A stretch of 64,000 bases of DNA, from the NCBI GenBank assembly GCA_041675505.1, contig JBAYTR010000010.1:67895-131894 (forward strand). Reading direction: 5' to 3'. Shown here piece by piece: positions 38,189 to 49,295 of this stretch (the stretch's first letter is position 1; each line of letters begins with the position of its first letter). A program made the translations under genes and the position numbers. This DNA is from Bacteroidia bacterium. Lineage in GTDB: Bacteria > Bacteroidota > Bacteroidia > UKL13-3. A model generated the notes under the pieces. The model made no database searches. It was not told the DNA's origin and worked only from the letters and a program-made list of their open reading frames with translations.

Positions 38189-39709
38189 ATGAGCACACAC
38201 AGCTATAAAAAGTTGGTTGCGGTAGTATCGTTGCTTACCTCGCTTACCACACAGGCGCAGTTTAGGCACTTTAACAAAATGTACAACCACAAGGGTTGGT
38301 GGGACAATGCAGTGGGTGTAGTTGATTTAGGCAACCACTACCTTGTTGCAGGCACCACTGCCGATTTGCTTTCTCCTGATTCCAGCTACTACCGTTCGCT
38401 TTGGCTTTATTATCTTGATAGCGCGGGTAACAAAGGTAATGAGCGACTAATACATTTCCCTTACCAGTTTGCAGGTGTAGGGCCTGTTGGTTCTGGACGG
38501 AATTTCTTAACAAAAGCTTCTGAAGGAAAGTATCTATTTACCGGTACGCTTTCAGATACAAATCAAAATGCGCGAATATTGTTGATGGAACTTGACTCAT
38601 CTTTGCAGCCGTTATGGATAACAATAGATAGCACAAAAGGCTATATGCTTCCCTACGATGCTACTAAACTTTTGGATGGAGGCTATATGGTTTGCGGCTA
38701 TTCCGGTGAAAACTATGCAAGTAAATTGGAGGGCTTTTTAGCTCGATATGATCAGTGGGGGAATCGTATATGGGTTAAGCAATACTCTGGCATTGGAAAC
38801 ACAGGTTTTAGTAGCATTATTCTATTTGATTCATCTTCACTATTAACCACCAGAACGTATTCTCAATCGGGAAGTAAGACCTCCATTTTAAAGATTGACA
38901 CCTCAGGTGTTATGATATGGAGTAAAGAGACTAGCCTTAGTAGCGTTTCTTTTAATATTAAGAAAAGTACTGATAGCACTTATATTATTTATGGAGTAGC
39001 AGGAAAGACGAATAATATTTATGGGTTAGTTGGCAAGTTTAAACTTAATAATGAAGTAAGTCTAATGTGGGCAGACTCCTTTCGCTTAGCACGCTTTAGT
39101 CATTTTATTGATGTTTTTGAATTACCCGGTGGCAATATTATAGCTGTGGGTGAAACTGACAATGTCAACGCGTTTAATGGTACCACCATTGCTTGGTGTG
39201 TTAAGGTTTCTTCAAACGGCCAATATTTGAGAGAAAAGTTATACTTTTATGAAGACGGTCGCCCCAGCCACATGTGGGGCGCATCTTCTACCAGCGATGG
39301 GGGTATTATATGCGTAGGAACCGCACAAAACGATTATGAGCCTTCACCTTATGGGCAAGATGCCTGGGTTATGAAAATTGACACCAACCTGTGTGATACC
39401 CCTGGTTGTTCAGGAGTTATTATTGGTACTACAGCAGATGAAGAATTTAAAACAAATGATGTTAAGGTTTATCCCAATCCATTCAACAATGATGTAAATC
39501 TTATTTATTCTTTAAGACAGGGCGCATCAGAAATGTGTGTAAAGGTATACAACATGATGGGAACAGAGATTTATAGGCAGGAAAATTTACCCAATAGCTG
39601 GATTAATAGCATAGCCTTAAATTTAAGCCAACACCAAACAGGTATTTACCTGATAAAACTGTTTTGTAACGGCACACAAATAGCAACAAAAAAGGTGATT
39701 AAAAATTAA
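38189..39709 (+). CDS. secreted beta-propeller-like protein with T9SS C-terminal sorting domain
   Basis: Signal peptide. C-terminal KVYPNPFNNDVNLIY...GIYLIKL...KKVIKN is a T9SS CTD. Confidence 0.6.
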   Translation: MSTHSYKKLVAVVSLLTSLTTQAQFRHFNKMYNHKGWWDNAVGVVDLGNHYLVAGTTADLLSPDSSYYRSLWLYYLDSAGNKGNERLIHFPYQFAGVGPVGSGRNFLTKASEGKYLFTGTLSDTNQNARILLMELDSSLQPLWITIDSTKGYMLPYDATKLLDGGYMVCGYSGENYASKLEGFLARYDQWGNRIWVKQYSGIGNTGFSSIILFDSSSLLTTRTYSQSGSKTSILKIDTSGVMIWSKETSLSSVSFNIKKSTDSTYIIYGVAGKTNNIYGLVGKFKLNNEVSLMWADSFRLARFSHFIDVFELPGGNIIAVGETDNVNAFNGTTIAWCVKVSSNGQYLREKLYFYEDGRPSHMWGASSTSDGGIICVGTAQNDYEPSPYGQDAWVMKIDTNLCDTPGCSGVIIGTTADEEFKTNDVKVYPNPFNNDVNLIYSLRQGASEMCVKVYNMMGTEIYRQENLPNSWINSIALNLSQHQTGIYLIKLFCNGTQIATKKVIKN

Positions 39710-39716
39710 AACTACG

Positions 39717-40607
39717 CTACTCCTGCGATAGCCAACCCAGCGTACCTCCGGTATGTAACAACAGCAGCTTTTCTCCGGTTTTTATGTCTCCGCGTTCTAC
39801 CAGTTGATGGGCGGCCAGCAACATTTTTCCCGTGTATACCTGATCAAACAAAATACCCGTTTGAGCAGCGGTGTTTTTAATGAGGGTGATTAATCGGTCG
39901 GTAGTTTTAGCATATCCTCCTTCATGAAACTCCGTATGCAGGGTAAGGTTGTTGAGCGCGGGAGCAAGAGTATGAATGTCCTTGCGTAAAAAATCAGCAC
40001 CTTTTAAAACAGCTATGCTGTGCACGTGTGCGTTCGGTTGGTGGCGGGCAAACCCTTTGGCTACACCGGCTGTAGTGCCTCCGGTACCGGAAGCCAGCAA
40101 CACGTGGTTGAACGACTGATTTACTTCTGCGGCTATTTCTTCACAGCCTTTTACTGCCAGCAGGTTGGTACCTCCTTCAGGCAATACGTACGACTGTGCT
40201 TGTGCATATTGTTGTGCCAATACTTCTTTGTCGCGGTATGCCTCGCGCGACACAAAAATGATTTCCATACCAAACGTTTGGCAAATGTGCAGCATGTAAT
40301 TGTGTGTACCCGCATCGCCCCGCACCAAACCCGTTGATTGGAATCCGCACAAAGCCCCTGCGCAGGCTACCGCCACTAAATGGTTGCTGTAAGCGCCACC
40401 AAAGGTAAGCAGGTGTGATTTGCCTTGTTGTTCAGCCTCCATTAAGTTGTATTTGAGTTTGCGCCACTTGTTGCCGCTTACAAACGGATGAATTAAATCA
40501 TCGCGCTTTAGCCACACCTCAACACCGGCCTTTTCAAAAGCAGGCAGCACAAAACGTTGCAAAGGAGCATGAACGGGAGCACTGAAAATAGCTGTAGCAC
40601 GAAGCAT
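39717..40607 (-). CDS. PLP-dependent ACC deaminase / D-cysteine desulfhydrase family protein
   Basis: Lysine motif ...HPFVSGNKWRKL..., 296 aa, tryptophan-synthase-beta-like fold family. Confidence 0.7.
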   Translation of the reverse strand: MLRATAIFSAPVHAPLQRFVLPAFEKAGVEVWLKRDDLIHPFVSGNKWRKLKYNLMEAEQQGKSHLLTFGGAYSNHLVAVACAGALCGFQSTGLVRGDAGTHNYMLHICQTFGMEIIFVSREAYRDKEVLAQQYAQAQSYVLPEGGTNLLAVKGCEEIAAEVNQSFNHVLLASGTGGTTAGVAKGFARHQPNAHVHSIAVLKGADFLRKDIHTLAPALNNLTLHTEFHEGGYAKTTDRLITLIKNTAAQTGILFDQVYTGKMLLAAHQLVERGDIKTGEKLLLLHTGGTLGWLSQE

Positions 40608-40647
40608 GGCACGAAAGTAATATCAAATTCTGTATCTTTGATTTACG

Positions 40648-42144
40648 ATGAGTGACAGTAAGCAGAAACCTCTGCATTTGTTTACCGTGTTTATATTGGC
40701 ACAGGCGGTGTTGTTTTGGATAACTCGGCACGACCCGTTTTTTGGAGATGCTGTTTCAGGCGTATCGCGCGCAGCGGTACACATTTTTGAGCAACAACTA
40801 AGCACTGTTTTTTTTCTTCCGCAACATGACCCCGGTCATCCTACCTTGTTCCCGGTATTGATATCGGCCAGCTGGATGGTGCTGGGTAAAAAACTGTGGG
40901 TGGCACATTTGCTCGTTAACCTTTTTGCAACAGGCACACTTTACCTCACGTGGCGATTGGCCAATAAGTGTTTAACCGGTTGGTGGCCCTATTTGCCTGT
41001 ATTGTTTTTAACGCTTTCAGCTACGTACCTCGCGCAAAGTGCGATGCTCACCAACCACATGCCGCTTACGTTTTTTTACCTGCTCGCCTTTACTGCACTG
41101 TTGGAGAAACGTTCCTTTATTTTTATAATCGCTTCTTGTGCTATGGTGCTCTTGCATTTGCAAGCTGTTTTTATGTTGGCAGCTATGGCTCTGGCGGAGA
41201 TGTATATTCACACCGGTGTAAATCGGCAAAGTGTAGTTCAGTTTTTTAAACAAAAACTCTGGTGGTTTATTCCTTCGGCTGCAGTGTTTTTTTGTTGGGG
41301 TTATTTGCATGCGCAACAAACGGGCTGGGCTTTCAGTTCTCCTGTTTTTGCGGAACACCGGCAAGCAGTTGGCTTTGCAGGATTTATAAAACACGTACTC
41401 ATTTCCTTTTGGCGATTGGCCGATTATGGATACTTTATTTTTTATGTGCCGTTGCTGATACTTTTTTTTCGTGAGCGGAAAAAACTTGCTCAACTTTTAA
41501 CGCAGCATACACTAACCGTTTCGTGGATAATTCATTTAAGTGTTACAGCCCTGCTTATTTGCGCTACGTTAAACTATTCTCCAGGTCACCGGTACTTTTT
41601 TCCGTTCAGTGCCTTGTTGAGCATAGTGGCTGTGGTGGCGTTGAAAGAAGCATTTCGGCAAAAACCTGCGCGGTGGATGTTGGGCGTTTCTATAGCCGTG
41701 GTATTGGTGTTGGGCAACTACTGGTATTATCCGGGTAAATGTTTGGGTGACGCCACGCTGGCCTACAGAAATTATTTCGCTTTGGAAAAACAGATTCAGC
41801 AGGAGCTGCCCGATAGTGTAATAATCTATACTTATGCACCACTGGCGTCTGAGACGAAGTACACCACACTTAAAGAAACAGGTAATCTTCAGGTAAAAGA
41901 ACTGTACGGTAAAAATATTCAAGAAACACCTGTGGTGTTGCAAAGCAACTGCAACTGTGAATTTTCTACGGAAGAGTTAAATGCATTGCAACAGTGGAAA
42001 GGTAAAAGCTATGAGCAACATGCCGTGTATGTGAATGTATTGTTTAATCCGCAGTATTTTCAGACACCGCCACTGAATGAAACTTTGCGCGAAAAAAGTG
42101 CTGTGGAGTTGTGGATGGAGAAGAGCAAACAAGCGGCTCAATAA
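40648..42144 (+). CDS. polytopic membrane protein, GT39/ArnT-like (glycosyltransferase family 39-type) candidate
   Basis: About 11 hydrophobic segments in the first 330 aa plus a C-terminal soluble domain. Family call is by architecture only. Confidence 0.45.
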   Translation: MSDSKQKPLHLFTVFILAQAVLFWITRHDPFFGDAVSGVSRAAVHIFEQQLSTVFFLPQHDPGHPTLFPVLISASWMVLGKKLWVAHLLVNLFATGTLYLTWRLANKCLTGWWPYLPVLFLTLSATYLAQSAMLTNHMPLTFFYLLAFTALLEKRSFIFIIASCAMVLLHLQAVFMLAAMALAEMYIHTGVNRQSVVQFFKQKLWWFIPSAAVFFCWGYLHAQQTGWAFSSPVFAEHRQAVGFAGFIKHVLISFWRLADYGYFIFYVPLLILFFRERKKLAQLLTQHTLTVSWIIHLSVTALLICATLNYSPGHRYFFPFSALLSIVAVVALKEAFRQKPARWMLGVSIAVVLVLGNYWYYPGKCLGDATLAYRNYFALEKQIQQELPDSVIIYTYAPLASETKYTTLKETGNLQVKELYGKNIQETPVVLQSNCNCEFSTEELNALQQWKGKSYEQHAVYVNVLFNPQYFQTPPLNETLREKSAVELWMEKSKQAAQ

Positions 42145-42240
42145 AAAAAGACTCTCACAACCAGTTGGCTGAAGAGAGATTTATTTCTTGATACAACGCC
42201 TGCTTGCCCGCTGTTGTCTTGTTGGCACAAAACCGTTTTT

Positions 42241-42804
42241 ATGAGAAAAGTAAAACTCTTTATTGCGTGCAGTGCTGATGGCTACATTGCCACACCGGAT
42301 GGGGGCCTTGATTTTTTGTCAACCGTAGAACAGCCGGGTGAAGATTATGGCTACGCAACTCATTATGCCACCATTGATACCGTAGTGTTGGGTCGGAAAA
42401 CCTACGAGAAGGTACTTTCTTTCGGTATGCCGTTTCCGCACAGTTGCACCACCTACATTATTACATCTAAACCTCAACCCCCGCAAGGCAATATTCATTT
42501 TTATCATCAAGGTCCGGTCGCGCTTATTCGCGAGTTACTGCAGCAACCCGGTAAGGATATTTTTGTAGACGGTGGTGCAGAGGTTATTCATGCGTTGATG
42601 CAGGAACAGTTGATTCATGAAATGACCATCTCGGTTATTCCCGTTTTGTTGGGTAGCGGTATTCGACTATTTAAAGAAGGGTTTAGTCAACAGGTGCTTA
42701 CACTTATGGAGAGCAAATCGTTCCCCAGCGGATTGGTACAGATGACATATTCCGTTAACTCACCCAAAGCAGCAGTTCACACGCCCAAACAGCCGGTTCA
42801 GTAA
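42241..42804 (+). CDS. dihydrofolate reductase family protein (RibD C-terminal-domain type)
   Basis: MRKVKLFIACSADGYIATPDGGLDFL... is the canonical N-terminus of the YwjB/RibD_C family. Confidence 0.8.
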   Translation: MRKVKLFIACSADGYIATPDGGLDFLSTVEQPGEDYGYATHYATIDTVVLGRKTYEKVLSFGMPFPHSCTTYIITSKPQPPQGNIHFYHQGPVALIRELLQQPGKDIFVDGGAEVIHALMQEQLIHEMTISVIPVLLGSGIRLFKEGFSQQVLTLMESKSFPSGLVQMTYSVNSPKAAVHTPKQPVQ

Positions 42805-42855
42805 AAGGCATCAAATTGTTTTTTACCACCCCTCTACTTTTGTTCCGTCAATCAG

Positions 42856-43617
42856 ATGTATATGAAACACGCAGTTGCAGCCGCATTTTTATTTCTCACT
42901 ATTCCGGTATTTGCTCAGGATTATTGGGCCAAGGTGCCGGCTTTCAGTAACCAATGTTACAGCCTAAACGATAAGCTGACGGAACAGGTTCAGGTTTACC
43001 ACGATGAGGTAAGCGGACGTATAGCTCAGCTGCAGGAAAAGCAGGAGAAAAAAATTCAAAACATGACGGAGGCTGAGCGCACACAAATGGCCATGAAAGC
43101 ATCTACCCAATACCAGAACATGACGCCCGATGCCATTCGTAAAATGCAGGAAGAGCAGCTATTGCAAATGACACTGATGCAGGAAACCGAAGCAAAACAT
43201 ACAGCCATTATTGATAAGATAACAGCGGCACAAAGTGCTTACAGGGCTGAGTGTGTTACTCAACTGGAACCCATTATGGCAGAGTACCGCAAATTGCCTG
43301 ATGGCGAAGGAACACCCGATTGGGCCATAACCAAAGGAAGGGCACTTATGCAACAATACAACAAAGCCTACGAGACCATCTGTTCTAAATACATTACCGG
43401 TGCAAATGCGGTATTTAAACCATTGCTGGAAGAGTACAGGTTGTTTCAAATCAATACCGCCATTCCCAACGGGAAAAAGAGGATGGAATTTCAAATGAAA
43501 CAATTCGGCTTAACCCCGGAAAATTATGATGGTATTGTGCTGGAAGGCGTTAAGGCTTACCTCGAAAAAATGAAAGAGGTGTATGACCTGCGTCAACTGC
43601 AAAAACAGGGAGAATAA
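42856..43617 (+). CDS. hypothetical secreted protein (Gln/Glu-rich, coiled-coil-like)
   Basis: Signal peptide MKHAVAAAFLFLTIPVFAQ. No recognised family. Confidence 0.5.
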   Translation: MYMKHAVAAAFLFLTIPVFAQDYWAKVPAFSNQCYSLNDKLTEQVQVYHDEVSGRIAQLQEKQEKKIQNMTEAERTQMAMKASTQYQNMTPDAIRKMQEEQLLQMTLMQETEAKHTAIIDKITAAQSAYRAECVTQLEPIMAEYRKLPDGEGTPDWAITKGRALMQQYNKAYETICSKYITGANAVFKPLLEEYRLFQINTAIPNGKKRMEFQMKQFGLTPENYDGIVLEGVKAYLEKMKEVYDLRQLQKQGE

Positions 43618-43669
43618 ACTCCTTACTGAAAGAGACTAGCTTTTTTATTAAGAAAGCCTGTACTGCCTG

Positions 43670-43703
43670 AAGCTTGTCGGTAAACGACAAGCTTTTTTGT
43701 TTT
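43670..43703 (+). terminator. rho-independent terminator between convergent genes
   Basis: AAGCTTGTCG-gtaaa-CGACAAGCTT followed by TTTTGTTTT. Confidence 0.65.
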
Positions 43704-45357
43704 AAAGAATGCTTAAGTTTTTAAATGAAGTGAAAACGTCAACATCAGTATCTGGATTGGTTTTTACTTCGATGATGCGGGCGCGTGAAGGTGTAGTGTT
43801 TTGTAGTGCCTTCGTAAGTTCAGATTCATTGGCTGCTGAAGTGTAACTCAGCGTATACTGCTCAGCTACTTCTTTAACGCTTCTGTTAACAGGCGTGGCA
43901 AAAAGCAATTCGCGTTCCGGCTGTTGGCGAGGTCCGTCAATCAAGCGGAATATACCACCACCGTTGTTGTTGATGACCACCACCGTGAGGTTGGCAGGAA
44001 CAAAATCATTCCAGAAAGCATGTTCATCATAAAAGAAAGAAAGGTCTCCGGTGAGCAAAACTACCGGAGCATCAGTAGCCAGTGCAGCACCCACAGCCGT
44101 GGAGGTAGAGCCGTCAATACCACTGGTGCCGCGGTTGCTGTAGAAAGTATAATCTGGAGAATGGCTGAGGTAATTCATGTAACGAACGCTCATGCTGTTG
44201 GCCAACTGTAGCTGCGTATTTTTCGCCAGATTTTTCAGGAGTATAGCTACGGCCTTTAACTCACCAAAATCAACTGATTCCGTAAATTGTTCAAGTGCTT
44301 TTGCAGCGCGTTGATTGTGTTGTTCCCATAACGTGTGGTAATTGGAGTTGTTGAACTCCACGTTTTGCAAAAGAGCAACTAATCCGTGAATGTCTGTTCT
44401 TAAATGTTTGGGTTGTGTGGCAAAGGTATCGGGTGCCTTTTCCGACACGGTAAAATGAAAATGCTTTTTAGGGGAATATTTCTTTAAAAATAATTTGAGG
44501 TTTTTCGATACGTGATTATCGCCCACAGTAATCAAAACATCGGGTGCAAGTTGTTGACGAATGACATCATCAGCAGTACCCAATAACACATCATAATAAC
44601 TCATGTCACCCATTCCCCGCAGGTTAGCACACACATCATTGAGCCATACTATTTTTTTATTCTGCACTAAGGACTTCACTTTTTTACGCAGCTTTTCTTC
44701 AGCAGGTAAGGAGGCACAGGCTACAAGCACTGAATTGGCAAAGTTTAACGCCTCGAGCAGCTCTGTTGTGTCGGGTGCCGATAAAGAAAAGGTTACCTGC
44801 GATTGTTTGGTGCCGGGAAAAACAAACGCATCAGAAGTGTACAACGGTTCACGTAAAGGCACGTTCACATGCACCGGACCAGCATCAGGGAATACAGCAT
44901 TGAGCAAAGCCGCTTTTAGTGCGTGGATGTGGTCTTTTGTTTGGGCCGTATAGGTGTCAGGTAATTGATAGCTTGCCTTTACATGGCGGCCATAAATTTC
45001 CTGTTGGAAAATAGTTTGTCCGTCCTGGTTACCTACCAGTTCAGGGGGGCGGTCGGCTGTTAAAACGAGTAAGGGTATTTTTTGAAAATACGCTTCAGCA
45101 ATGGCAGGAGCATAGTTGAGCGAAGCAGTACCTGAGGTGCAGATGAGTACTACCGGTTTTCTTTTTTGCTGTGCTATACCCAAAGCTATAAATGCGGCAC
45201 TGCGTTCATCCACCACCACCCGCAGGTTAAATTTGTTGTATCGGTAAAAGGCCAATGTAAGCGGTGCTGAACGGGAGCCGGGAGAAACAATCACATCCTC
45301 TACTCCGTATTGTGCACAGATAACAGGAAGGTGGTTGATTTGCTGCTGTTGGTACAT
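43702..45357 (-). CDS. menD: 2-succinyl-5-enolpyruvyl-6-hydroxy-3-cyclohexene-1-carboxylate synthase
   Basis: MYQQQQINHLPVICAQYGVEDVIVSPGSRSAPL... is the ThDP-dependent MenD N-terminus. 551 aa. Confidence 0.85.
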   Translation of the reverse strand: MYQQQQINHLPVICAQYGVEDVIVSPGSRSAPLTLAFYRYNKFNLRVVVDERSAAFIALGIAQQKRKPVVLICTSGTASLNYAPAIAEAYFQKIPLLVLTADRPPELVGNQDGQTIFQQEIYGRHVKASYQLPDTYTAQTKDHIHALKAALLNAVFPDAGPVHVNVPLREPLYTSDAFVFPGTKQSQVTFSLSAPDTTELLEALNFANSVLVACASLPAEEKLRKKVKSLVQNKKIVWLNDVCANLRGMGDMSYYDVLLGTADDVIRQQLAPDVLITVGDNHVSKNLKLFLKKYSPKKHFHFTVSEKAPDTFATQPKHLRTDIHGLVALLQNVEFNNSNYHTLWEQHNQRAAKALEQFTESVDFGELKAVAILLKNLAKNTQLQLANSMSVRYMNYLSHSPDYTFYSNRGTSGIDGSTSTAVGAALATDAPVVLLTGDLSFFYDEHAFWNDFVPANLTVVVINNNGGGIFRLIDGPRQQPERELLFATPVNRSVKEVAEQYTLSYTSAANESELTKALQNTTPSRARIIEVKTNPDTDVDVFTSFKNLSIL

Positions 45358-45418
45358 AATGGGAGTAACTAAAATACGTTTTTAAGGTTTTGAAAAATAA
45401 TGAAAGATTTACTGCGAC

Positions 45419-46675
45419 TTATAAAATGATTAATTTCTTAGTTATTGAATGATATTGAGATGAGATACGGACAAAATAGATGCCCTGCTGAAGCCCCATC
45501 TCAATGGGAACTTCTCCCTGAGCTGCTAAGTGTTTATGTGAACGTACAATCATTCCCTTGCAGTCAAATATCTGAACAGCAACTTCAGTTTTGAAATTAC
45601 CGTATTTTGCTTTTGCTCCCTTCACCGCTGGATTAGGAAAAACTTCTGCAAATGCCTTTATTGAGATATTAGTTGTTTCTTTTATGCGTGTTATTGTTCC
45701 AGTATCTGAATTAGCACCTGTCAATTTAAACAATCCCTTATTATTAGATGTAACCCAAAGTGTATTATTTTTATCAAATGCACCTTCTATAAACCAACCA
45801 CTTTGGGCTCTTGAGTTTCCAACATTGGTTGCCCACTCTGTGCCATTAAATTTAAAAACATCCCCTGATGCGGCAATAAACCAGACTTTACCTATTTTAT
45901 CTTCAATAATTTTATTTACTCCAAGTAAACCAGTTGCATTTACAGGGCTTTCGGATTTAATAGTGTTTTGATTTACGTCAAAATGTACAATTTTATTTGA
46001 AAAGCACCCTGCCCATATATGTGAGTTTTTATCAGCATGTATGCTAGTCATATCGCTTGGTAAATCCTGGCCGTTTGATAGTTTTAAATACGTAGTAAAA
46101 GATGCCTGATTGAATTTAATCAATGCCTTATATGAGATTAACCACACATTATTATTACGATCAATTGTTAGTCTGGTTACAAAGTTTGTAGGAATTTGAG
46201 AGTTAGAAGTATTGAAAAGTGTAAATGTACCATTGTTAAATTTTCCAATCCCATTTATATCAAACACACACCAAATGTTCCCATTCTTGTCTGCCTGTAT
46301 ATGGAGTATCTTTTGCCCTGGATGCCCTGAATTTGAAGAATTATATTTCTTCCAAACGCTATCTCCATCAAGTTCGAGTAACTCAGCCCCATTTCCAATC
46401 CAAATATGATCATTTGCGTCAACACAAAGTCCTGGGCCCAAGTTTTCATATGGAGAGTTACTGGAATTATAAATTTTTAGACCTCCTGATTTCGTTATTT
46501 TGAATAGTCCTTGCTCTCCTCGTACCCACAAATTATCTTTTGAATCAATTGCGATTTCAGAGAGAAAAGTGTCAACAGAGCTGTATGGGAATTGTTGTAA
46601 ATTTTCCCAAACATATGTTTGACTTTTTGCTGTTATCCAACCAACAGCACAGACTAGGAAAAGAAGCTTCTTCAT
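45419..46675 (-). CDS. secreted beta-propeller-like protein with T9SS C-terminal sorting domain
   Basis: Signal peptide, repeated W-containing blades, C-terminal ...EVFPNPAVKGAKA...GIYFVRI...KKLIIL. Confidence 0.55.
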   Translation of the reverse strand: MKKLLFLVCAVGWITAKSQTYVWENLQQFPYSSVDTFLSEIAIDSKDNLWVRGEQGLFKITKSGGLKIYNSSNSPYENLGPGLCVDANDHIWIGNGAELLELDGDSVWKKYNSSNSGHPGQKILHIQADKNGNIWCVFDINGIGKFNNGTFTLFNTSNSQIPTNFVTRLTIDRNNNVWLISYKALIKFNQASFTTYLKLSNGQDLPSDMTSIHADKNSHIWAGCFSNKIVHFDVNQNTIKSESPVNATGLLGVNKIIEDKIGKVWFIAASGDVFKFNGTEWATNVGNSRAQSGWFIEGAFDKNNTLWVTSNNKGLFKLTGANSDTGTITRIKETTNISIKAFAEVFPNPAVKGAKAKYGNFKTEVAVQIFDCKGMIVRSHKHLAAQGEVPIEMGLQQGIYFVRISSQYHSITKKLIIL

Positions 46676-46787
46676 ATAATTTAAGTTTTAACAACACAAT
46701 AATAGAGAATGAGGTTTGAATTTTCTCAATTAAAACATATGAGTAAAGCCACAGTAATTAATGTCTGTCAGCTGTTGGTACATGATG

Positions 46788-49289
46788 CTACAACTTAAAC
46801 TGCAACGACAATTTCACGCCAAATTTACTTGCTTTGGGATGATTTAAATAAGACAGGCGATGAACAAAATCAACACGTAAAAGCCGGAAAATATTTTCTA
46901 TGCCATAGCCTACTTCCCAATAAGGCTTCGATTCTAAAGTATAAAAAGCCACTTTCTTCGGGTCACTAAAGAGTGATGTTGGCAACAAATCAATGTTCTC
47001 TTGTCGCATGCCCCCCCATAAAATTTTGCTGTTGGCAAAGGTGCGCCACTTGAGTCTGCGAACAAGCGGAACACGGTTGGTAATTAATCCTTCGAAATAA
47101 TGTTCATAGGTGGCAGCTACATAATGGTCGCTTACAAACTCAAAAAAGCGCATGAGGTTAAACGTTTGGCTGTTGTACAACAACGATTGATTACCCCGGT
47201 GTATTTCCAAAGCAGGATAAGGCAATCGCGAAAAATAGTTGGCTGCATGTACGGTGTATTTCGCATTACCGAATACCCCTAAACCCAGCTTTTGCTCTAC
47301 ATCAACACTCAACCTGTTCATGTCAAAATCACCACCGGCAATACTGCGGTTACCGTAACTCCAGGAAAGGGTCACCTCAGGTCCGCGATCAACACCTAAG
47401 CTGATGCGTTCGTTGTCGTTTTGCAAAAAAGTTTCACCGTAGGCAAAACGAGTTTCCAGAGTGACGTAGTTAAGTGTATAGTTGGTGTGAATACTTGAAG
47501 TACCGGGTGTTTCGGGAGTTCTGTAATACGAGAAATTAAAATCACCTTCAGGGGCAAAGGAGGTGTTTTGCAGTATAATTTTCTGACTGAAGTTTTTATT
47601 CAGGGAGCGCTCCAGCCACACCCTGTTATCCTCTGTCCAGCCAAACCTGCGTATGCCCGTAATGGTGGAAACGGCATTGAATAAATTATCGCCACTGGCA
47701 TCAGGCTTATCTACTATACCCATGGGGTTTAAATCAACCTTTCGGTAGGCTACCAGTTTGGTCCACGGCTTGCGCGACATGATGTATTCGAACTGTCCTG
47801 AATATTTGAAGCGGTTGTCTTGCTCACCATAGGCTACATAACCTTTCATCACGTACTTTCTGCTAAAGTTGGCGTTGGTTTTTCCACCCGCCCTGAAACG
47901 AAAACCTTCCACCATGTTGTAGCCCAAAACATATATGTAAGGCCCTGCATCAACTTTATTAAAACTATAATATCCGTTTACGGCAATGTCAGCTAACTCG
48001 GCTATGGTTTTAAGTGCAGGTACTTTTTTAACAGAGTCCACCATGCTGTAAACATATTTCTCTTCCTGTGTCAGGGAGTCGTGTCGGGCGGTTGCCCAAT
48101 AACTATCCGTGAAGTTCTGTGCTTCTTCATCCACCTCTATTTTCTGGTCATAAAACCTGGGAGGTTTGGGTTGGTTAAGCACGTAGTTTTTGTGTGAGCT
48201 GTAAAAGCGGGCCAGCATACCTGCAGTAGTTTTACTTACCTGTGCTACATCTACCAGTATGCGTGCTTTGCTTTGTACCCAGGGCCCTTCAACGGTAGGC
48301 ATCAGCTCCTGTTGTATTTTTATTTTTTCAATAAAGTTGAGGTTGGCACCTTTGCCAATTTCCAGCACCACACGCTTTAAAGCAAACGAAGTATCGGCTA
48401 CCCAAATGGTACCGGTAAAGGCCAGGTCTTCTTTTCGTTTGGGGTTTACCTGAATCTCATAGCACCAGTGGTTGTCAATCCACATGGTATCACGTAGCGT
48501 ATAGATGTAATACATATTGCCGCTATTGGCAAGGGGTGATACAAAATCTTTATCCAGAATGCGGTTCCAGTTTTCATAAAAATTGTACTGCTGAAAAGTA
48601 GAACCCAGCAATTGTGACACCAGAGATCCGTCTTCTATTCCTACACCACTCAGGTGGGTGGCACGAATGTACTCTTTGATGCGTTTAGGGGAATTGGCAA
48701 AGTAAAAATCAGAAACTGTTTCAGAAACAAAAACGGGTAATAAAGGTTTTCCATCTTCACCGGAGAGTTTTATTACACTATCCATTAATTCTCTTATGGA
48801 ACGGAATATTTTTTTGTTCTTCATTTTCTCCGAGATGTTATCTACGGATATTTCAATGCGGTTAAACGTTTCGCAATTGTAGGCCAATAACTGATCGGGG
48901 TTGTTTTTACTTTTATGATCCAATACCTGCCGCATAATTTTTAATGCCGGATTTTCTCCCGGTTTAACAACCACTTCATTCAGCAGGTAACCGTCTTCTT
49001 CCATTTGAAAATGGATAATTTGTGTTACCCCTGCTTTCACTTTTTTTGTACGGGGTTTGTAGCCTATAAACGTTACGGTTATGCTATCGGCTTTTTGTGA
49101 GGTGCGTATGCGGTAGTTGCCGTCAAAATCAGTGTTTACACCAATGGTAGTGCCTTTAAAGAATACATTGGCAAAGGGAACAGCTTCGCCCGTGCGGGCA
49201 TCGGTTACCTTGCCCGTTACAATGGTTTCCTGTGCAAAGGCAACCAGGCAAAAAAGACTAAAAAAAAGTAGACCGGATAAACGTTTCAC
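46788..49289 (-). CDS. DUF5686 plus carboxypeptidase-regulatory-like domain protein
   Basis: N-terminus ...AFAQETIVTGKVTDARTGEAVPFANVFFKGTTIGVNTDFDGNYRI... followed by a large beta-rich body. Confidence 0.65.
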   Translation of the reverse strand: MKRLSGLLFFSLFCLVAFAQETIVTGKVTDARTGEAVPFANVFFKGTTIGVNTDFDGNYRIRTSQKADSITVTFIGYKPRTKKVKAGVTQIIHFQMEEDGYLLNEVVVKPGENPALKIMRQVLDHKSKNNPDQLLAYNCETFNRIEISVDNISEKMKNKKIFRSIRELMDSVIKLSGEDGKPLLPVFVSETVSDFYFANSPKRIKEYIRATHLSGVGIEDGSLVSQLLGSTFQQYNFYENWNRILDKDFVSPLANSGNMYYIYTLRDTMWIDNHWCYEIQVNPKRKEDLAFTGTIWVADTSFALKRVVLEIGKGANLNFIEKIKIQQELMPTVEGPWVQSKARILVDVAQVSKTTAGMLARFYSSHKNYVLNQPKPPRFYDQKIEVDEEAQNFTDSYWATARHDSLTQEEKYVYSMVDSVKKVPALKTIAELADIAVNGYYSFNKVDAGPYIYVLGYNMVEGFRFRAGGKTNANFSRKYVMKGYVAYGEQDNRFKYSGQFEYIMSRKPWTKLVAYRKVDLNPMGIVDKPDASGDNLFNAVSTITGIRRFGWTEDNRVWLERSLNKNFSQKIILQNTSFAPEGDFNFSYYRTPETPGTSSIHTNYTLNYVTLETRFAYGETFLQNDNERISLGVDRGPEVTLSWSYGNRSIAGGDFDMNRLSVDVEQKLGLGVFGNAKYTVHAANYFSRLPYPALEIHRGNQSLLYNSQTFNLMRFFEFVSDHYVAATYEHYFEGLITNRVPLVRRLKWRTFANSKILWGGMRQENIDLLPTSLFSDPKKVAFYTLESKPYWEVGYGIENIFRLLRVDFVHRLSYLNHPKASKFGVKLSLQFKL

Positions 49290-49295
49290 CTCAGC